Source: the human T2T-CHM13v2.0 reference genome, Homo sapiens. From it: a stretch of 64,000 nucleotides of DNA. Shown here piece by piece: positions 56,065-64,000 of the stretch. Numbering within the stretch: the first letter of the stretch is position 1; each line of letters begins with the position of its first letter. Position numbers and translations under genes: made by a program. The notes beneath the pieces are model-generated. The model was given only the letters and a program-made list of their open reading frames with translations. It searched no databases and had not been told where the DNA came from. The stretch lies in NCBI RefSeq assembly GCF_009914755.1, contig NC_060936.1; one strand, written 5' to 3'.

Positions 56065-57034
56065 TATTTTTCTTTATTTTATTTTTACATTTTCTTGATA
56101 TTTTGGATATATTTTATAAAATAATCGTTACTTACCAAGTTTATACTTTTTTCGGGGTCAGTTCTCCATTTCCTGCTTTCAACAAAGGTTTTATTTAGTC
56201 TGCTGTGGTTTTCATTCTGCTGCACAGCACATTTTATCCAGATGGGTTCTTCTTGATGTGATGCAGTGTGTTCTTTTATCTTATTGATAAAAGAAAACAG
56301 CCATGCTGTGAATTTTACTTGCTTCACAAGAAAATCTTTTCCAAGAAGAACATTTTCTTCTTTTTATGATGTGTTTGCGTTGCAAATCTTTTGCAGTGCC
56401 AGTACTTTTTTTCTTACTCATGAGTTTACTCTGGAGATCAGGATTGTTTTCCTGAATCTCAATGGATTTTCCCATGGCTAGGGTGGCTATTAATTAGACT
56501 TTCTGGAATACAGGGATGGGACTAGATTGTGGGTTGAGTGGAAATAACTCTATGGCAGACCTCCAGGGTACTGATCCGTGGTTCCCAGCCTGTGGTGGGC
56601 CATGCAGAGCTGCTTTTTTAAACAGGGTATCTGCTAATCAATATCTACCCTAAGCATTGTCTACAGTTTGAATAAGCAATGTGTCTCCTACATCTAGGTG
56701 CCTGTCTTTCCAAATGTAGATCATGCTGTAATTAATAAGAAGATCACTTAAAAGCTTCATTGCAGTCATAACTGTAGATTGACCTTGTGTATTTTTTAAC
56801 TGGTGAATATTTATCATACAGTTCCTCTCATGGGAAGGAGAGAGAGTTCAACCAGTCATTTTTATTAGTGAAAGTCAGGGCCCTCCAGCATAAGCAATTA
56901 AAATCAGCTCTGTGTAAATCAAAAGGTGAGACTTGGCTGCATATCGATCCCATTATTGACCTGATGGTTTTGTCTCCATAAAGAATTCCTGCTGTCCACA
57001 GATTGGATTCCTGTGTTTCGTTCTCCGTGTCTCA

Positions 57035-59400
57035 TTTAAAAAAATAAACATTTTATTTTAGAACATTTTAGGTTTATAGAAAAATTGTGAAAATAATACA
57101 GAAGGTCTCCATGTAACCCACACCTAGTTTTCTCTATTATTAACATCTTATGTTAATATGGCACATTTGTTACAGATAATGAACCAGTATTGATACTGTA
57201 TCACCTAAAGTAGTACTTTATTCCAATTTCTCCAGGTGTTCCCTTGTATCCTTTCTCCCTTGCAGGATACTATTTCAGATGCCACATTACACTTAGTAGC
57301 CATGTCTCCTTACAGTCCTCCTGGCTGTGACAGTTTCTGAGTCTCTCCTTGTTTTGATGACCTTGACAGTTTTAAGGATTAATGATCAGGTATGTTGTAG
57401 AATGTACTTAAGTTGGGATGGATCTGATGTTTTTCTCATGCCTGACTTGGGTTATGGGTTTTGGGGAGGAAGACTATAGAGGTAAAGTGTCATTCTCATC
57501 GCTTCATGTCAAGGGTATGTACATACTATCAACATGACTTATATGTTGACTTGTATGTTGACATATGACTTATATGTCGATGATGACCTTAATCACTGAG
57601 CTGAGGTAGTGTTTGTCCGGTTTCTCCAATGGGAAATTACTCCCTCCCTGTCTCCCCATTCCATCCTGTTTAGAAGGAAGCCACTGTGCACAGCCCACAC
57701 TAAAGGATTGTGGAGTTATGTTCTACCTCCTCAAGGAAGGAGGCTCTGCATAAATTATTTTGAATTCTTCTGCATGGGACATGTCTATTCTTCCCCATTT
57801 ATTAATTAATTCAGCCATTGATATCAGTACAGACTCATGGATACTTACTTGATGGATTATTATCCAATACTACTTTAATGATTTTGTTGCTCAAATTATT
57901 CCAGCTTTGGCCATTGAGAGCTTTCTCAGTTGGATCTTGTGTCCGTCTGACATGCCACTGTGTGTGTGTGTGTGTGTGTGAGAGAGGAGCACTTCCTCTA
58001 TTAGATATGTGTTTTGCAATTATTTTCCTCTCGTCCGTGGCTTGCCTTCTCATTCTCTTAACAGAGTCTTTCACAGAGCAAAAGTTTTATTTATTTATGT
58101 TTTTAACTTTTATTTTAGGTTCAGGGATGCAAATGCAGGTTTGTTACAGGTAAACTGCATGTCACAGGGGTTTGATATACAGATTATTAAGCATAGTACC
58201 CAGTAAGGTAATTTTTCACTCCTCACCTGCCTCCCTCCCTCCACTCTCAAGTAGGCCCCCCAGTGTCTGTTCTCTTCCTTGTGTCCATGTGTGCTCAGTG
58301 TTTAACTCCCACGTATAAGTGAGAACATATGGTATTTGGTTTTCTGTTCCTTTGTTAGTTCACTTGGGATGATGGCCTCCAGCTCCATCCATGTTGTTGC
58401 AGAGGACATGATCTCACTCTTTTTTATGCTACGTAAGATTCTGTGGTGTATATCTATCACATTTTCTTTATCCAGTCTACCACTGATGAGCATTTAGGTT
58501 GATTCCATGTCTTTGCTATTGTGAATAGTCCTGTGATCAACATACATGTGCACATGTCTTTATGGTAGAACAATTTATATTCCTTTGAGTATATACCCAA
58601 TAAGGGATTGCTGGGTCAAATGGTAATTCTGCTTTGACTTCTTTTGAGAAATTGCCAAAGAGAAGTTTTATTTTAATAAAGTTCAATTTATCAATTTTGT
58701 CTTTTGTCAATTGTACTTTTGGTATCATGTCTAGGAACTCTTCAGCAAAACCTAGATCCAAAAGATCTTCTTCTAAAAGGGCTATCGTTTCAGCTTTAAA
58801 TTTAAATATAGAATCCTTTAAAAAATAACTTTTGCATAAGGTGTGAAGCTGAAGTCAAGACACATTCTTTTTGCCTGTGGATGTCTTAATGGACATCCAG
58901 TTGTACTAGCCTCATTTGTTCGAAGATCTCTCCTTTCACTATTGACTTGCCTTTGCTCCTTCATCAAAGATCAATGGACTATACTTGTATCGTTATAGTT
59001 CTGCATTCTCCATTCTATTCCACTGACATATGTGTCTATTTGTTTTCCTTCCAATACCACACTGTCTTAATTATTTGGCTTTATGGTAATTGTTCAAATC
59101 AGGAAGTATGAGTCCCCATACTGTGTTCTTCCTCAGAATTGTATTGGCTATTCTAGGCCTTTTGCCTTTCCACATAAATTTTAGAATCAGTTTGTCAATA
59201 TCTACAAAATACCTTGCTGAGATGTTGATTGGGATTTCAATGAATCCACAGGTCAATCTTAAACAATTCATTTCTTAACAATATTGAGTCTTCCCATCCA
59301 TGAATATGGAATATGTCTCCATCTATTTTGACTTTTAGAATTAGAATAATTTCTTATTTAAATGTTTGGTAGAATTTAGACTTACTTTTTAATTCCAATG
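57035..59400 (-). mobile_element. Nested L1 fragments: old L1M 3' end and ORF2, with a younger L1PB/L1PA-type 3' end at ~58090-58660 and (TG)n at ~57960
   Basis: ORF 59071..59271(-) FVDIDKLILKFMWKGKRPRIANTIL and ORF 58302..58493(-) TWMELEAIIPSELTKEQKTKYHMFSLI are L1 ORF2/3' signatures. Confidence 0.85.
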
Positions 59401-59409
59401 TGTATACTT

Positions 59410-59712
<303 letters not shown>

Positions 59713-59729
59713 GTCTATTTTTAACTAGT

Positions 59730-61500
59730 TTTTATTTTATTTTTAGTGATTGCCCTAGAGATTGTAATATAGATTTTAACTAATCTAAATCCATCTTCAA
59801 ATAAGAGTATACCACAGATATACAGGTATCTTACAACACTGTATCTCAATTCCCTCTGGCCCCATGCCCTGTTATCATCCAGTTCACTTGTCTATGTGGT
59901 ATATAATTATCTAATACATTGATGCTATAAGTTTAAACAGCTATTTTTAGATCAATCAAGAACAAAAAAAAAAGTAAACATTTTCTTTCACCTCCATTTA
60001 TTTTTCTCTGATACTCTCCCATTCTTTATGTAGATCTAAGTTTACATCTGATTGTATCATTTTCCTTCTCTCTGGAGAAATTCTTTATACATTTTTTACA
60101 GGGAAGTTCTGCTGGCTAATTCCCTCAAGTTTTGTCTGAAATAGTGTTTATTCTCCTTCACTATTTTATTTTATTTATTTTTTTATGAGATGGGGTCTCA
60201 CTATGTTGCCCAGGCTGGTCTCTAACTGCTGAGCTCAAGTTATCCACCTGCCTCAGCCTCCCAAAGTGCTGGGATTACAGGCATGAGTCACCACATCCAA
60301 CCTCATTCACCTTTATAGAATCATTTTGCTGGATATTATGTTAATTTTACATTGGTGATTTTTTTCTTTCAATAACTTGAATATTTCACTCCACTGTCTT
60401 TATTTGCCTCTATGGTTTGTGACAAGAAATCTGCTATAATTCTTATTCTTGCTCATCTATAAGTAAGGCGTTTTTTCCTCTGACCAAGATTTTCTTTTTG
60501 TCTTTGCTTTCTGCAATTTTAATATGAAACATCAAGATTTTCTTTGTATTTATCCTGCTTTGTATTCTCTGAGCTTTCTGGATCTGTGGCTTAGTATCTG
60601 TTATTAATTTTGGAAAGTTCTCAGTTACTATTATTTCAGATGTTTCTTCCAACCCTTTCCTCTAATTTTTTTCTGATGCTCCAATTACACGTTACTTTTT
60701 TTTTAACAGTTGCCTCACAGGCTTGGGTGTTATTTGTTCCAATCTTTTTTCTCTTTGCATTTATGTCTGGGAAATTTCTATGACCCTATCTTCAAGCTCA
60801 CTGATTGTTTCCTCAGCGGCATTTGGTCTACTGACGAGCCTATCAAAGGCATTCTTCATTTCTGTTAAAGGGTTTTTTATTTCTAGTGTTTCATTTTGAT
60901 TTTTTCTTAGTCTTTACAGCTCTGCTTACATTAGCCATCTGTTCTTGCATGTTGTGTACTTTTTCCATTATAGCTCTTAACATATTAATCCTAGTTATCT
61001 TAAATTCCCTGTCTGATAATTTCAACATTGTGTCATATGGGAACCTAGTTCTAATGCTTGGTTGGTTTTTTTCTTGTCATCTGTAGTCTTGCAATTTTTG
61101 TTGTTATTGTTGTTAGAAGCTGAACATTTTGTACTGGGTATCAGGAACTGAGGTAACGAGGACTTTAACATCAAGGCTTACGTTACCTGGCTAGGAGTTG
61201 GGCTGTTTAATGTTTGCTGTAGCTGTAGGTGCCAGAGGCTTCAAATTCCTCTAGTGTCCTTGCTTTTGTCTTTATTCTTGACTTCGGACTTTTCCTGTAC
61301 ACTCCTCATAGAGTCTGCATCTTGCATCTCTTCCAGCTGTAGTCAGTTCCTGTTGTTCTGTATTCTCGTTGTCATGGGGGTAATGTGTGGGGTAGGAGAA
61401 ATGTTCTATCATCTTACAATAAACCTCAGCCTTTTAGTGGGTTTGTGTCTAGGGTGGTAACCCTCACAAGTTACTCCAGTGACAGCATTTCCCCGCTTAG
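59730..61500 (-). mobile_element. Old L1M ORF1/5' region remnant, containing a FLAM monomer at ~60165-60300
   Basis: ORF 60443..60652(-) EIIVTENFPKLITDTKPQIQKAQRIQSRIN is the L1 ORF1p motif. Confidence 0.8.
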
Positions 61501-61879
61501 TGTAGATAAAAAGACCTGAGGGAGCTGGGAGGAGGGACCACCCTCCCCCAGGTGGGGTGAAGCTTTGGTGAATACTTCACCCTGGAAGATAGGCTGCCTG
61601 CTGGCACCATGGCAGGAACAAGCTACAGTTCCCATTCTCTGGCTGCCAGCTCTCTCCTGGCATGTCACCAAGGTGCGCTTTAACTACATTGGAAATGTTC
61701 TCTTCCCCCATTCTCTTCCCTCTTTATTGTCTTTCTAGGGACTTGGAGAATACTGAGAGAGGAATGAGCAGTGTGCAGGCTCTCAGCTACAGAAGTGGGG
61801 ATCCGATTCCACTTCTTGATACTTTGGTGCTACAGAAGCTCCCTGGAACTTGGACTCAACTCTGGAAAAATGATGGACG

Positions 61880-62875
61880 GCCTGAAGCATGAGGTCCAGG
61901 CTGCCAGTGCCGGGTGGAGTCCGTGGCCTGGAGTGAGAACTCATGGTGCTTTTTCTGGGCCTGCCCATGGCAGCACACACTTCTTCCCTTCTGAGCCCAT
62001 AAAAACCCCTGACTCCGTCAGACTCACACAGATGTTGGGACTACCAGCTTCAGAGAGGATCTACCCATTGTGGGTCTCCTCTCCGCTGAGAGCTGTACAG
62101 TCATTGGGATGACCTGCCAGCAGAAAGGAGCTACCCACTGTGGCTCTCCTGTTTACTGAGAGCTGGACACTTGGGATGACCTGCCTGCAGAAAGAAGCTA
62201 CCCTTTCAGGTCTCCTGAGAGCTGTTCTGTTACTCAATGAAGCTCATCTCTGCCTTGCTGACCTTCCAGTTGTCTGAGTACTTCATGCTTCCTGGCGGGA
62301 CCAGAACTCAGTCCTGCTGATTGGTGGAACTGAAAGAGCTGTAACACAAACAGGGCTGAAACATGCCACCCCCCCGACTTGCCATGTTGTGGAGGATGAG
62401 GAGAGAAGAGCTGTAGCCCTTTGGGGAGTGCAGACCTAGGAGCTCCCCAAGCCAGGGCTGTGACACCCTCTTTGTGGCTCTGTAGTTCCTGGTGTCTCCA
62501 AGTTTCTGAACACCACCACATTCCTTGTCCAGACACAGGTGCCTGCAATGGAAACCACATGTGGTACATCTGGTCCAGCTGCTGCCTCACATGGAGCTGA
62601 CACCTGGAGCTGCCCACCCCACCGCAGCAGCTGGTGTGCCTGGTTGTACACAGTGGCCAGACCCCACACTTGCTCGCTAACACATCCTTTGCTGCTCTAC
62701 GTTTGGCTCGCCCTTGGCAGGTGTGGGATCTGGGTCAGTAGTGTCAGCCGGGCGCAGCCTGCTGGGCTGAGTGGACATAATAAGCCCAGTGAGCATGAAC
62801 AATACTCAGGCAGAAGGTGCTACCAGTCGCAGAGGTTTCTGGCTGGTGAAGTGACACTCCAAGGATCCCATGACA
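61880..62875 (+). mobile_element. MER52-like ERV1 LTR (5' part missing or degenerate)
   Basis: gcccataaaaacccc...gaggagctacccactgtgg...ctgaaagagctgtaacacaaacagggctgaaacatg...aggatcccatgaca terminus. Confidence 0.75.
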
Positions 62876-63351
62876 ATATAAGGGTATCTTCGCTGTCTCT
62901 CCCCCAGATGCCGTGGTGTTTACCCAGGAAGTCAGGAACCATCATGTGATGCAGGAGATCTAGTCAGGCTACAGCTAACTACTAAGAATGGCTCCGGAGC
63001 TGGAGTGAGCTGAGGTTCCTGATTCTGGGTGGAGCTGCTTTATGGACCGGCCCTGGAAACCCCCTTAGGGCCACAGCGGGACGAGAACAATTCCTTCATT
63101 CCCTTCAGCCAGCAGGGCAGTGTTTCTTGTTCACAGCTGGGGGTCTCCTGGATGTCCCCCCACGGCAGGAAGGCCCATGCACTGGTTGCTTCTGACTTAG
63201 GGCTGAGGGAGAATGAGGTGCTGTGTGGGCAGGTCTGGAAGGGGCACCACCTGCCACCCTCACCCTCACATCTCCTCCAGCAGATGTGGTTATTCTCTCC
63301 CTCCCTGGACAGACATCGTTAGAGAAGATTTAATCAAGGAAGAGCAATGGA

Positions 63352-63674
<323 letters not shown>

Positions 63675-64000
63675 CTAGATGAGTGAGATAATGGCCAGAC
63701 TGATGCCTGCTGCCCAGCCTGCTCACATATTCTGGAGACTCCTCTGCTCCTATTAGGTTAACAAGCTGTGTTTGTCAGTGAGATTGCAAACAGTACCTTC
63801 CCTCCATTCTATTCCCAGTCCTGCAGATCTCCTGGGTTTTGAGAGATGTTTCCTAAATGAAGTGACTCACTCTCTCCTCCCCGGTGGGTCCTGTAGACGG
63901 ATGCTGGTCAGGCTCTTTCCATGTGGGGTGGGGGACACAGGGCACAAAGTTCCTCCTGCCTGGCCCCACGGCAGAATTACTTAGGCTTTCCCAGGGCTCA

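Overview
Primate (human or very close hominoid) genomic DNA; AluY, AluS and AluJ copies, old L1s, MaLR LTRs and MER DNA transposons are all present. The only protein-coding content I can support is the 3' half of the adhesion GPCR gene ADGRD1 (GPR133) on the + strand. Ten GT-AG exons between 14733 and 49165 splice in consistent phase into 954 nt (317 aa plus stop), covering TM1-TM7, helix 8 and a tail ending ...VDLSAV*. A ~2.2 kb 3'UTR follows, with AATAAA at 51347. I did not find the upstream GAIN/GPS (Stachel) exon in the window. The introns are GC-rich and unusually full of minisatellites and short tandem duplications. After the poly(A) site the sequence becomes an AT-rich stack of nested L1, Alu and LTR elements. 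I see no CRISPR, RNA gene or genuinely new multi-gene system. The best leads are splicing and chromatin features: (i) a recursive-splicing-type exon whose junction regenerates GAG|GTGAGA; (ii) an antisense Alu with a 'freed' 3' splice site and an in-frame 111-nt candidate exon, next to an inverted AluY; (iii) a VNTR carrying ~20 GTGAGT donor hexamers; (iv) a convergent pair of CTCF-like motifs, one inside a coding exon. TE subfamily names are recognised from memory of consensus sequences, not from a database search, and their boundaries are approximate.
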